DNA of 64,000 nt, taken from NCBI GenBank assembly GCA_010093605.1, contig MU004195.1, positions 1,069,566 through 1,133,565 of the forward strand. Reading direction: 5' to 3'. Shown here one piece after another: positions 22,330-34,808 of the stretch. The notes beneath the pieces are model-generated. The model did not search any database, had not been told where the DNA came from, and saw nothing but the letters and a program-made list of their open reading frames with translations. The position numbers and the translations under genes are program-made. How positions within the stretch are numbered: the stretch's first letter is position 1; every line of letters begins with the position of its first letter. Source of the stretch: Lophium mytilinum (taxonomy: Eukaryota).

Positions 22330-24187
22330 TCAATACCTTGACTCCAGAAGGGTAGCGTATCTCGGGGCCAAAGCGAATCCGCAACGCATACTGAACAACG
22401 AATTGTCCTTCATCCACCACTGTCCTTGGCGGTCGATATCCCACTCTGCCGATGACCAGTTATTCCATTCCTGCCAGCCAAGTTGCCCTTCCATATCCTT
22501 GACGTACCAAACGTCTCTCAGTTGCTTCCGGAACTCCATACCTTTTCGACCTCCTCTATCTGGGAATTGCTCTAGGGCGTCCTTGATGTTGAGGAGAGCT
22601 TTCCAGAGGAATTTGAACGAGACGCTGAGTTGAACAGAAGAGCCGAGGTATCTTGATTCAACACGGCCGCGCCTCACGGCATGAGAATGAGCCTCATCCG
22701 TGGGAATGAGTTCCAAATTATGAGTCTCGAGACCGTGATTAGTGAGAAAGTGGATACGATTGGCCAAGCGAATGTCGTATGTGTAGTTGGGATCCTCACG
22801 GTAGTCCCAAGCGTTGTCGCCCAGCAAGTCGAGTTTGCCATTAACGATCCCTAAGCCACCATACACACCGCCGTACTCCAGATCGTATTCCGGCAGTTCC
22901 ATGAGACTCTTGCCCTTACATTTTATCCGCGCGTCCGCGCCGGCTTTGAGGAGCAATCGAGCGTGATGCAGCTTGCCGTATTCAACTGCAGCTTGCAATG
23001 CTGTGTTGCCATGTCTATCCCAGTCATCTAGGTTCGGAACTGGCGTAACTGAAATGATCTTCTTCATGAAGGAATATGTTCCCTCATACATTGCGACTTT
23101 GTCAATCAGACGATTGCCGTCGTCGTCTCTTAGAGTAACGTCTGCACCGTACTCGACGAGTAGTTCCGCTTTGGCTAGTCGTACAAGTTGACCGTTGAGA
23201 ATGTTGATGAGCGGCGGGGGGCTTCCAGGATGGCAACAGTTGGGATCTGCACCGTGCTTCAACAGTTCTCGGACGACTCCGGGAGGGAACTTGTTATCAT
23301 AACAAGCTGTGAACAGCGCCGATCTGGGGGGAATGTAATTGTAATCGTCGGTACAAGTTTTATGGATGTCGGCTCCCGCGTCAACAAGGAGTTTGAGAAT
23401 TTTCTCGTTTCTAGCTCGAAATGTGAACGGTTCCGTATGGTCTTCGTAGATTCCACACTGTAGGAAGGAGCACAAGTTGAAAGGATCGTCGTAGATCTCG
23501 TCCGGTTCCTGCAGTGAAGTAGAGAAGCCCATAGAATCCGCCCCGAGCTCTAGCAGGTACTTCACCTACAAAGCCCATATTGAGTCTTCTTTCTTCTACT
23601 ACTAGCTTCGGGGAAGGGAGGGGGAAGGGGGTAGGGCATGGAGGGGGGCGGCTGGCCAAACTTACCACTTCGAGTTCGGACTCACTGACAGCCCATCGAC
23701 ACTCACACGGATGCGGGTGCCAATGGTAATGGGGGCATCGAGAGAACTTATCCGGCACAATTTCCAGATACATTGCAAGGAGTTTTGTCGACCACTCGGG
23801 TGTCATGGAGAAGAAACCATAATTCAACGCGTATTCCAGTAACTTGCTGATAACTTCCGCGGAGGAGAATTGGAACGCATTCCCTAGAAGGGGCCATTCG
23901 CCGTTGTCTTTGATGCAGCTGATGTTTTGACGAAGGAGGTAGTCGACATGGCGTACGCGCTTACGGCGGATGGCCCACCCTAGACCAGAGAGCTCATCCT
24001 CAGACCACTGTATGCTATCCTTTTCAGCACCGTTTGCGGGGCTCCAGCATACGGCGCGATTGTGGAGTTCGTTGTGAAGGCGCGCATAGAGCGAGGGGTG
24101 CGTTTGGATTAGGTTATTGAGATCTTCGTCCGCGCAATAGCTTACTATCTGCAGGTGTAGTTCCGCAGGAAGTGTTAGGAGCGCCAT
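22330..24187 (-). CDS. F-box-like plus ankyrin-repeat protein (paralog B), 2 exons
   Basis: MALLTLPAELHLQIVSYC start. Colinear with paralog A (TFRARN, ELLKHGADPNC, KGKSL). Intron 23566-23665 (GTAAGT..TAG). Confidence 0.85.
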
Positions 24188-24831
24188 TGTGGCGATTGGA
24201 GTGAGGTTGTCGTGGAGGAGGAGAGTGAGGGCAAAGACGGTGCAGGTGTTGATGGTTGCTATGCCAAGAGAATTAGCGCAGGGGCCTTTAAAAGTGGGGC
24301 TAGGTTTCTAAAGTGAATGCAGCGCCTTGACACAAGTCAGCGCACTATTTCGCAAAGTCTCTTCCGGCTGCCTCATAATATACGGATCTGCCCTAAGCGA
24401 CGACAAGATAAGGAAATTAAAGGGTTCTGATCTGCTCTAATTGCGTTGCCTAGATTTGTACGTCTTTCGGGAACTCTTCATGAGGCGCCGGAATACCTCA
24501 GACAGTGGAAAGGAAAAATGCACAATTTTTTTTAGCCATTGTATCATTTATGAAACCGCCGATGGGCTAAAGCATACGAGCAACAGCCCGCGACACTTCC
24601 CGACTGATCATTGATCGTACCACAAAGGTCTCAGAGCGATGGATGAAAAGATGGATAGAATCGAGCCTACCTTGCTCCTGTTTGACCAACACACAACGTG
24701 GTTAGTCTTAAGAACCTTCTCGACTTACATTCGACATATTTTCATACCTCGGACGCATCTCGTTTACCACACGTAGGAGTGCTAGGAACTTTGCAAGGAG
24801 TCATTCTGCCTCTCCCTTCCCCTCAAATGTC

Positions 24832-26136
24832 TTACATATATAGCGTGGGATCTAGACTCTTCAAATTCGCACTCCTCACCGCTCCCTCCCATACCAATTC
24901 GGCCAACGCACACCCCGTTCCCGGCGCGTTCTGAATTCCCCAACATGTATGCCCCGTCCCTATTAACAAACCTTTGACGCTCGTTGCCCCAATCAACGGG
25001 CCATCGCCACTCGTTACATGCGGTAGATAGCATGCCTGCCTCGCAGTAACTTCACCGTCTCTAAGCTCATCGCTGATCGAAGTGACTTGGTCAATCACGT
25101 CTTGACATCGCGCATCATCGACCTCCACAACATTGGTAGAGGGTGGCAGTGGAACTGTCATGTCACCCGGCCCGCAGGCGTATACCTCGTTATTCGGCCG
25201 GGCGTATATTTCTGGGGAGACGGTACGTCGCTTATCCAATTGTATACTTGTGAATAGTGCGTAAGCTGACACGGGGCGGGAGGGACGGATCGTGACGCTA
25301 TGCGCCCTCACACTCTCAATAGGTGCCTCGGGCCAGATTGCGCTTGTCCAGGGGCCAGCTGTGAGGATTACAGTATCAGCAGGCAATGTGTGCGTGGACC
25401 CGTCGTCCTTAGCCGTATACGTTACAGAAGTAACGGCAGAGGTGTCAGTTACGAGGTCTATCTTTTTCGCACACCCGTAAACGATTTTGACGCCTCTCTC
25501 TTCCGCAAGCTCCGCCATAGAAGTCGTGAACTGGTATGGGTGCACTTGAGCAGTGGTAGAAGGGTCTCCCATGGAGTCATACGCGCGAACACTCTCGGGG
25601 TCTACCCAATCGAGGTCTTTAGGGACACCGGCAGACTTCAGGAGGTCGAGAGCCTTCTGAGATCGCTTTTTTAAGGAGACGGACTCCTTATCATTTTTCT
25701 TTGCACTGGCATTGGCATTGGGGTGAGTTTTGGCGTCTAGCTGTCCACAATATACAGCACGGTATCCCCATCTTTCAGCACCTTTGTGCTTATCGGCAAG
25801 CTACATCGGGTCAGGTGGTATACCATGGCAAAGGCATTAATGATGCAGGCCCACCTCTTTATGCAGCCTGTAGCTCAGCGGGACGAGACAGCTTGGGTAT
25901 GCCCATAACGCCAAGAGCCCTCCTGCTTTCCCTGAAGCTCCTCCGGCGATCTTGGTTGCTTCGAGAAGAGTGATGGTATGGATGGCGGGATTAAACTTAG
26001 GGTGGTGGGAAAGGAAGTAGGCTGTGGTTGATCCGATAATACCGCCGCCTAGGTATTGGTTAGCGGCAGAGGGCGAATGTGAGGTGTGAGGGCAACCTAT
26101 TATCACAATCCTCTTCTTCTCTGATTGAGTCGTCAT
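24832..26136 (-). CDS. FAD-dependent oxidoreductase, DAO family (Tda3/Btn3-like)
   Basis: RIVIIGGGIIG, GGASGKAGGLLA, TAQVHPYQFT, QACYLP and GHTCWGIQNAPGTG. Two introns. Confidence 0.88.
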
Positions 26137-26424
26137 CTTTCGGGAATATATTTGTGGTGTAAATTGACTAGGAGCGGTCACAGAAGAACCTGACGGGCAG
26201 AGGTGGCGTTAGAAGTGTCAAGCTTCACTATCGATATCTAGCCGCAGATCGATCAACGCCACGTGAATCCTTCCTTGGCATTCCGACGTCATAGCACGCC
26301 TGTGGCATGTAAGGTTATCGAAAAGGATTGCATTGAAGACATAGGTCAGGCCTGTATAAAAAGACCCATTCGTAGAAAGAGGCCCCTAGAACTATGCCAG
26401 AGCTGTTCAGCTCATCGATCAAGC

Positions 26425-27459
26425 CTAGTCCCCTCCTCCGCCATCCCCACCTCCATCCCCGCCTCCATAGTCCCCTCCTCCATCGCCTCCTCCGTAGTCT
26501 CCTCCACCATCTCCTCCTCCATCGCCCGCATCTCCCATCGCCTCACCAAGCAACATCCCGCCTAGTAATCCACCACCCGCGCCCAATGCCAAACCCCCTC
26601 CCATGCCCAAGCCACCTGGCTTTCTTCCGGGCTGAGCGTAGCCCTGCTGCTGATATCCCTGCTGAGGATATCCCTGCTGAGGATACCCCCCATATCCAGC
26701 TGGCTGCCCATACTGCTGCCCATACTGCTGTGGCGGTTTCGAATGGCTCTTCCCAAGCAATTTCCCAAGAAAGCCGCCTTTAGACTTCGTTGACGAATCA
26801 GGTGCATACCCCTGTTGTTGCTGGCCGTATCCCTGATCGTATTGCTGTGACTGTTGCCCGTACCCTTGCTGTCCGTAGGCTTGCTGTCCGTACCCGGCCT
26901 GCTGTCCATAGCCGGCTTGCTGTCCTGGCTGTTGATAGAACTCATCCGACGCGCCACGACTACCAGATCTCGCAGCGCCGCCATGCGCGCGAGCGTTTTC
27001 TTCTTCCTGCAGCTGTCGCGCGAGTCGTTCGTCCTCACTGATGTCGTGAGAAGATCCGCCACCGCCGCTGGCAGCGCCGTAGGGATTGTTGGAGCTCAGG
27101 CCGGTCTTCTCGCTGCTAAGAGGTTGCGCGCCACCGTGTGCATAGCCGGGGGGTGGGCCGGCAGGAGCACTGCCGTCATGGTCGGAGGGGTAGATTGGCT
27201 CAGTGGGCTTGTCCCATTGGGACTTCTTGGTGTAGATGTTCACGAAGAACCATTCTTTGTACTCGTCTGTCGGGGGTCAGTATACTGCGATGTAGTGATA
27301 CCGGAACAGTCGGCATAGGCGAGGAAACCATACTATTCCAGACGGCTTTATAGCCCTCGGGGACTTTGGGAGGCGGGGGGCCCTGGGAAGGTTAGAGATG
27401 GGTGCGCATTAGTATAGATAGGTGGAGGTAGATACCGATGGGGGCGCGAAGTCTGCCAT
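26425..27459 (-). CDS. WWM1: WW-domain protein with Q/G/Y-rich low-complexity region (Wwm1-like)
   Basis: Spliced [31 protein letters not shown] is a WW domain. GYGQQ repeats, [10 protein letters not shown] and a GGDGGG tail follow. Two introns. Confidence 0.82.
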
Positions 27460-28590
27460 TGCTTCCACAAGCACTTGTATACTCGAATAGATCTGTCCAG
27501 GCTGGAGTTGATTGCTGTGTAAGGTTAATTCGAGATATCTCGAATGAACAGGGAAGAGGAAGCAGACAGATGGTGGGGTGGTGGGGTTATATTAACCAGC
27601 TGGACGCCGCGTAAACCGGCGCTCCGGACCAAGCTATGGTTGAAAATGACGCCAACGGACGCGCATTCCGGGCCTAGTTCGGTGGCTGTGCAAGTCTATG
27701 TGGCGAATGGGGACTAGGCTCCGAGATCACGTGAGACTCCTGGTGACTTTCACTTCCCGTAACTTGTCTAAGCTGTCTACTTCAGCATACGTCTGCCGGC
27801 CTAGTTACATTTTAAATGAACGGACCGCCACTCCTTGATCTATGCAGGCTAAAAATATAAATGAATTAGGCTCGTGTGGATTTCGTACCTAATCGAGAAG
27901 GACTGCCAAGTGTCGCTTTGTACCACGCAGGAGTGACCTCGCGTTGATGCCGCGGTGGTTGCTACCACTCAAAATCCGAAATCGTGAACTTATCCTCATG
28001 AAAGTCTAGAGCAGGACGACTTTGGTACCTGTGCGTTCTGAAGAACCAGCCGTGCTGACCCGTCCTATTGCTCTGAGGCGCGGTTTCATGATGGACGAGT
28101 ACAGTACTAGAAGGCGCATCCGTGGTATTATTAGACTGGTCCTATTTGGACTGGACCCAGATAGAGGTACCCGAAGAGGCCTTCGGGCTGGATCGAAATT
28201 CTGTTTGGGCGTGTGGATTCATGCCCGCGAATAGCCCTAGCATTCCAATAGTTGCGTAACTTTTACGTGCTCTTTACGTACTTTTGAGATTTATTCTACG
28301 CACTGTTATCGCTAGAATTAACCACAACTATATTTGCTATTCCTGGAAGACATGTGTCTGGCTGGTGGATCGCGTGGGTCCAAGGGCTCTTTCAGTTCAG
28401 TCCAGACCAATCCAAAGCCTTTAAGACCCAAAGCCCTTCCAACAAAATATAGTCTCAATTGATTTAGTCTAGATCTTCTACACCATTGTCGCCTTTTTAT
28501 CTTGCGGGACGTACTTACTACTTTTCATTCTCATCTCAGCTCAATCAGCAAATTCGAACTCATTTTCACATTCCTCAACCATCCCCAACC

Positions 28591-29245
28591 ATGAAGCATG
28601 TCTCCTTTCTCATAGCCTTGATTGCACTTGCTGCAACCATGGTATCAGGAACCGAGCCAGACTGCTTTAGAGGCGGCGTTTTTGGCAACACTACGTTTGG
28701 AAAGCTCCAGGTTGACAAGGTATGCACCGGCATGCAAGGACGTTTCGAGCACCTCCAAGAACGCGACGCTTGCGTCTTCCCATGGGCTAACTACAAACGG
28801 GGTGATGGCATCTCATGGTACTTCAATATAAAGAGGCATTCGGACCATGCAGGTACTCTTACGAAGGCTGTTTGCGTGGCTGGATTGGGGGAGCTAGTCG
28901 ATTTCTGCAGTCGCGGGGGGAAAGACAAGACTGACTCTTGGACCTTCACGTAAGTTTTCCTATGCTGAAAATTCAAGCTTGCACTGACGGTTCAGATCGG
29001 ATCCCAATGAAGGGTTGTGCGTCGACATCGACTACATCAACTCCGTCAACTCCGAGAACCAACACAAGAAGCCGAAAGCCAACAAGCCGCAAGCTCATGA
29101 TCCTGATCACACCAAAGAATCCAGCGCCGCGAGGGGGATCAATCCGATTCTCATAGACCCCGCCATTTTCTGGGACGTCAAGGTTGTATCCCGAAAGGCC
29201 CCCTGGGCCGCACAAAAGAAGAGAAGCGACACGACGATCGTCTAA
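28591..29245 (+). CDS. Small secreted cysteine-rich protein (effector-like)
   Basis: Signal peptide MKHVSFLIALIALAATMVSG and six Cys in the mature domain ending WTFTSDPNEGLC. Intron ~28950-28996, then a ~75-aa basic tail. Confidence 0.8.
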
Positions 29246-29921
29246 AACGTTGATTTTTCATCCCCAAAACCGGTACAGGAGAGGAGAGGCGATACGATGA
29301 TCGTCTACGCGGCAAAGTTCCGGGAGGAAGTCTCATCAGACGCACTCGAGTTTAAGTCTAGAAATCGCACTCGACTCGTAAATTGTAGGAGGTAAAAATG
29401 GCACTCTCAGGGAAGAGCTTAGGCTGCGTCCCCATTTTATCTGTACTATCTTCCAGGGTTGATGTGGAAATGTCTGTCACTGTTGAGTACGGAGAGGGGA
29501 AAAGGGGATTAGTATTGTTAGTGTTTTGATTGATAAGGAAAGACGCGGTAGTCGGGGTAATGTGTCCATACCATAGGAATTGGCATCAAGGAGACCGAAT
29601 ACGCTGGACACCGCCAAGTGACCACTGTACCGGAGTTGACTACTCACCATTCTTTACCATTGCCAGCATTACCACCACGTCACTCCTCTATCACCACTGC
29701 TTCACTCTTCGTAGCCACTCCACAGTCTTATTTTCCTTAAGTACCAGAACATCCATAGTTCGCCAACTCCCAAGTTGATGCATGCCCTCTTCTCAAATAC
29801 ACTGCACTCGCCTAGTCTCTTGAACGCTAAAAGGCTCCTGAGAATCAGAGACGGCACTTATCCCCTTTACCCATCCCCGAACACCTATAGCCCGTCACTC
29901 ATATCATCTCCCAACCTCAAC

Positions 29922-30554
29922 ATGCAACCAACCAACAACAACTTCCGCTACTCAGGTCACACAGCCCGCGGTAATACCTACCGCCCCAACCCCACCGGCG
30001 CCAACGCCATGCGCGAAGCCCGTGCCCGCGCCGCAGAAGCCCGAATATGGCAAGAAGCTCGAGAACGAGAGGCGGCCAGGAGGAACGAGCATCGAGCTCG
30101 CGCTTACGAGGACTTGACCGGGCAGCAGAGCCAGTCCCAGGGTCCAGCGGTTCAAAGACAACCAACAGCTGCGCCAAGGGGTAATGCTAGGGCGTCGAAT
30201 GCTGGAATCGTAGCTGGTGGAGGTAATAGGGCGCCGACTGGAGGTGCCACGCCGTCTTGGATGCCGAATCCACGGGAGCGGGAGGCTTTTACGAGGAGGT
30301 ACGCTGCGCCGGCTGCTTCTAGGGGTGCGGGCGCGTATGCTCCTCGGACGGCTCAGGCTTCTAGATTGCCGCCACCTGCTGCGCAGTCGAGGAATCATCA
30401 CCGGTCTCCTGTCCATGGAATGGCGGACTTGTCGGACGAGGAAGCTGCGCCGCCATATAACCCTTTTCAGAATCTGGGGAGCGAGATGGTGGACGGTGGA
30501 CGGATGGATTGGACTAGGGCGCAGCCGCCGAGGGGCCTAGATGAGGGAGAATAG
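29922..30554 (+). CDS. Hypothetical low-complexity Arg/Ala-rich protein
   Basis: Open frame of ~210 codons from an ATG in good context (CAACATGC), with a short coiled-coil-like stretch. No recognisable domain. Confidence 0.55.
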   Translation: MQPTNNNFRYSGHTARGNTYRPNPTGANAMREARARAAEARIWQEAREREAARRNEHRARAYEDLTGQQSQSQGPAVQRQPTAAPRGNARASNAGIVAGGGNRAPTGGATPSWMPNPREREAFTRRYAAPAASRGAGAYAPRTAQASRLPPPAAQSRNHHRSPVHGMADLSDEEAAPPYNPFQNLGSEMVDGGRMDWTRAQPPRGLDEGE

Positions 30555-30791
30555 TAATGGGAGAGAGGGAGCTAGTTTTGTTTGAAAATTAGAGATGGAG
30601 AGGGGTTTCTTTCTTTATGCCTTTTACTACAACGAGTTGACTGCATTTATGAAGATGATGAACTACACCTTACTTTCGAGTAGCATTTTAGTGCCTTTCT
30701 CCGTACAGTTCGTTTTCGCAGCCCTTTCGGCGGTGTAGTAGTTGCTATGCAAAAGTGATCAACCCGAACTCCCCCAGTGATTTTCCCTCCT

Positions 30792-32012
30792 TCATTTAGC
30801 CGTACCAAGAATCGACTCCATCCACGGATAGACATACGAATTCGCCTCTGGATACCCCATATGAGCTCTACCTTGCACAAATCTCCCCTCCTTCGGCGTG
30901 CCATACTCCATCAACAGCATACTATCCTCAATCGGCATACACCCATCCAACACCCCATTCACAAGCAGCAACCGACAACTCGGCAACTCTTTCGCCACCA
31001 CCGCTACCCCCTCCCCCTCTCCGCTCACCAAACTAAACGTCTTCTGACACTTCTCCTTCATCTCCTCAAAGCTGCCATACCCATACTTCTCGCAATATGC
31101 CCGCTCCAGCCCGAACGGATACTCATGCTTCCCAATCTGCTCAAGCCACTCCCGGCCGATGTAGTGGTGCGTCCCCGCCCCATGCCCCACAGACCCAGCG
31201 AGGGAAGAGGCGTGCGTGTGCGCAAGGCGAATAGCGTAGTAGCCCCCTGCACTCAATCCCCAGGCTAGCACTTTCTTGCTATCGAGCTGCTCTTGAGCGG
31301 CTATCCATTCTAAGATGGAGGTGAAAAGCCGGTCCGGCGCCAGCGGATCCGTCTTCGACGCCGGGCAATCCACCGTCGTGCCGGGGATATCGCAGATCAC
31401 GGTCGCCCAGCCGCGTTTCAGGTGCTCCTCCGTGCGCTCGGTGTTGTCGGGCCTGTGGCCGTCGAGGCCGGTGATCAATAGCACAACAGGGCAGGGCGAG
31501 GTTTTCGAAGCGGTTGGGGGAATGCGGAGGTAGACTGGGATGGCATCGCCGTCACCAGTACTAGCGTGGTTATGCTTGATCACTTTTTCGGTGACGGGAA
31601 TGTCCCAGAGGCTAGCACCGCGGAGGTAGGCGCGTTTTTGGGTCTCGAAGACTTGTTTCTTTAGGTCGCCGCTGATGTAGGGGAATCTCGCTAGTCTGTA
31701 GACCGCGTTTGCGCGTTTGTAGAACTGGATGGCGAGGGGTCTGTCTGATTTTTCTGCGGCTTCTGCTTTTTCGACCAGCGCGTCGGCGGTGGGGAGGAAG
31801 GCGGAGGTGTACTCGTCCGAATAGGGGTCGTTGATGTTTTCGGAAATGAGGTGATTGAAGATACCCTCGAAATCTTCGAATACGCCATCGTGGAAGGGGT
31901 AGACGCCGCGTTTGCACGGGAAGAGCCAGCGCTGCTCCCAGAGTTTTGCGATGCTGCCGGCGTGGCCGTAGTCTTTTGTGAAGAGGTCGCCGAGGATCCA
32001 GTTGGTTGGCAT
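30792..32012 (-). CDS. AYG1: Ayg1/Yg1-like alpha/beta hydrolase (polyketide chain shortening, DHN-melanin associated)
   Basis: LWEQRWLFPCKRGVYPFHDG N-terminus, ITGLDGHRPD, nucleophile elbow WGLSAGGYYA, DGCMPIEDS and HMGYP. Confidence 0.88.
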   Translation of the reverse strand: MPTNWILGDLFTKDYGHAGSIAKLWEQRWLFPCKRGVYPFHDGVFEDFEGIFNHLISENINDPYSDEYTSAFLPTADALVEKAEAAEKSDRPLAIQFYKRANAVYRLARFPYISGDLKKQVFETQKRAYLRGASLWDIPVTEKVIKHNHASTGDGDAIPVYLRIPPTASKTSPCPVVLLITGLDGHRPDNTERTEEHLKRGWATVICDIPGTTVDCPASKTDPLAPDRLFTSILEWIAAQEQLDSKKVLAWGLSAGGYYAIRLAHTHASSLAGSVGHGAGTHHYIGREWLEQIGKHEYPFGLERAYCEKYGYGSFEEMKEKCQKTFSLVSGEGEGVAVVAKELPSCRLLLVNGVLDGCMPIEDSMLLMEYGTPKEGRFVQGRAHMGYPEANSYVYPWMESILGTAK

Positions 32013-32563
32013 CTTGAAGCTTTACGAGTGTTAGAAAGCTCTTCCTTTCAATCGTTGGTTTCAAGCTTGAGAGACTTTCTGAGATTGGGATCGAAGTTGT
32101 CTTACATTTTAGGAAGCATGGTTTGTTGATGTATCCGTTTCGGTGATGGCGGGGCCGAGAATGTGGAGCTGCTGCGGGAGGCTGCAGGAACTTCCGGCAC
32201 CCCGCATTTTGACCAATTTAAAGGCCACGGTAATCATTCAGGGGTAGTATCGTTATAAAAGTATATGAGTAGATTAAAGCATATAGCGTAAACGATCGGT
32301 AGCGATGCTGAAAGTTTTGCGACTGCCCAAATGAACCCAAAAGTCGCTTGGAGGCCAGGACGACATAGAAGATCACATATAACAAGAATCGTTCAGATAG
32401 TTCAAGTAATACATCTATAAAGTGTCTAAAAGAATGTAGAAAAGTAAGCCCAACGAACACCAAAGCGCTATGCAATGCAACCGATCAATGCGAACCAATA
32501 CCCATTGCAACTCCGGTCAAACTATGCCGCTCAACCATCGCAATTCAATGCACAAGGAGGCAT

Positions 32564-32968
32564 TTAAGCCACAACCCCATCAGTCTGGCAGTTGATAGTA
32601 ACACCGTTGAGAATCTGGGGGATAGCAGCGTAGGGGTTGCCGTCAATATCAGCAAAGGTCTTCTTGTCGTTGATGACGACAGCGGCGCCGTTGAGGTCGA
32701 AGACGCAGGCGGAGAAGACGTTGGGAGGAAGCGTCACGAATTGGATGCTGGTGGCGAGGATTTGGCCATTGGGGGCAACGGAGGTGCCGAGGAAGAGGTC
32801 GACGAGCGGGACGTCAACGCCATTGCCTGGGATAGTGGCAGCAGCGTTGGCACCGGTCAAGTCGTTGGTGAGGGAGAAGGTGACGTCGGCGACCTGGGTG
32901 GCAGCCGGAGTGGGGATGGCGGAGACGGCGGCAACGAGGCCGAAAGCGATGGCAGCGAAGGACTTCAT
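32564..32968 (-). CDS. Small secreted protein of unknown function
   Basis: Signal peptide MKSFAAIAFGLVAAVSA, 134 aa, two Cys, strong codon bias, upstream TATAAA. Confidence 0.8.
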   Translation of the reverse strand: MKSFAAIAFGLVAAVSAIPTPAATQVADVTFSLTNDLTGANAAATIPGNGVDVPLVDLFLGTSVAPNGQILATSIQFVTLPPNVFSACVFDLNGAAVVINDKKTFADIDGNPYAAIPQILNGVTINCQTDGVVA

Positions 32969-34808
32969 GTTGATATTGGTGGTTGGTTGGTTGGTATGGT
33001 GAATATGAAGTGATTGAGTGTTGATGAAGTAATGAAGTAGTGGTAGTAGATTGTTGATGAAATGTAGTAGTGGAGTGATGGGCTGTTGTGATGATGGCTC
33101 TTCAACTGCGACGAAGGATACTCTTTATACCTCCTGATCGTGAAGCACTTTCTATATGATCTAAATTTGGAGCCGAGCATTTTTTGAAGCTGAGCATCGC
33201 TATCGTCAGCGGGCTCTGGATGTTAGCAGCGGCGGACCTGAGCAATGATGGGTAAGGCGCATAGCCACGAGAACACTACTGCAACCTTAGAATTAAGCTT
33301 ATTGATATTGGTAACAGCTTTCCTAGCAGAAGGGTAAGCTTACTAGGTAGTAGCCGGGGCTGAGGAAACTCGCCAAGTCTACTCCGCCTCCATCTTCGCC
33401 GCCTCCGCCGCATGATCTTGGCACTTACAAACCTAACATTAATACGGGGGTCTACTTTTACAGGGCAGAATTTGATTTGGATTAACTGTAAGACTTGTGA
33501 TTGGATAAAATAGGAAGAATACTTAGACATTTGCGAAATTTCGAAGTAGCGGAGCGAGTGCTTGCCGTTATTTTTGTGTACCTGTCTCAAATTCGAGTGG
33601 CTTCTCAGTAGCACTAAGGATAGATGATGATTCTAGTACGTGAAGTCCTGGACGTAATCAAACCCTGCTCAAGATGCCTGTCTACAGCCTTGGCTTTGCG
33701 TTCGAGGTGCGATAGCCAGCTGGCTGTGATTCACAGAAAATCATTGCGTAATGGTCTCTATCCGAGATGTAAATACCGCTCCGGTAGCTTCGTGGTTCTG
33801 TTGGAGCATCTGCACTACGGGCGTCTCGAAACATGAAGCTCTACGCACTTCGCGATACTCATAATACAAGAATATGGCAGCGGCGTCAGCAAATCTGTTT
33901 GAGGAAATGGTCGACGAATGGCATCAGCGCCATCGTATTTTTGCAATACGAGACCTTAGAGTAGATATTGGAGACATCTGCGGAAAGATTACTGATGGCG
34001 TCAGCAAAAGTCTGGAGATGATTCGGACACGTTGCTCCGCCTCAGGCCCGCAACTTCATTCATCCAAACGTGACCATAAACCATCCGCAGCCGAGAGTTT
34101 TGATGATGGGGCGATAGAAAAGCCTCCACGAAGTGCGTGGCTGTTGTTGGAGCTGAGGTTGATGGAGAGAGGTGAGGTGAGATTGAGTCTCCCTAGTGGC
34201 TTGGCGGAGTTGGGGCGGTGAATACTTTGTCCGAGCACCTAACATGCTATGGAGGTCTCTCGTAGCTGTTTCTGCACAGTCAACTTTTGAGGCTCCTTGT
34301 AATGAGCTCATTCGCTTCTCTCTTCCTGCATTGTCACCACCCGTTCAAGAAACACGCCAGTTCTGGGAGAGTACTACTTTCTTTAAAGGCAATATTCGGA
34401 GCGTATACGTTCAAAGGCTGCGGGAAGATCTGACTAGCTGATATATCCTCTCATACAACAAGTAGTTATACAAAGGGTGCGCCCGAGCTCGGAAATGCTC
34501 AAGCAATTGAATTCAACTCCCGCCCTTCCCACCCAATCCCCCCTCCCCCTGCTCAACCGCCCTCCCGCCCTCCGCTTTCTTACCCTTAACATCCCTCCTT
34601 ACACTCCTCCACTCCAACCCCCCGCCCCAATAACCGCCAAACACGCCATCACCAACCCCACCCGAAACACCACCCTCAGCGAATCATTATACGCCCCCTT
34701 AAGGAGCAATGAGAATCCCTTGTATGTTGCGCAACCAGTAGGTACTAATGGTATTCCAGTACTCCAACGATCCGTCCAAAAAGATGAGCGAATTCCCAGT
34801 GGATAGCA

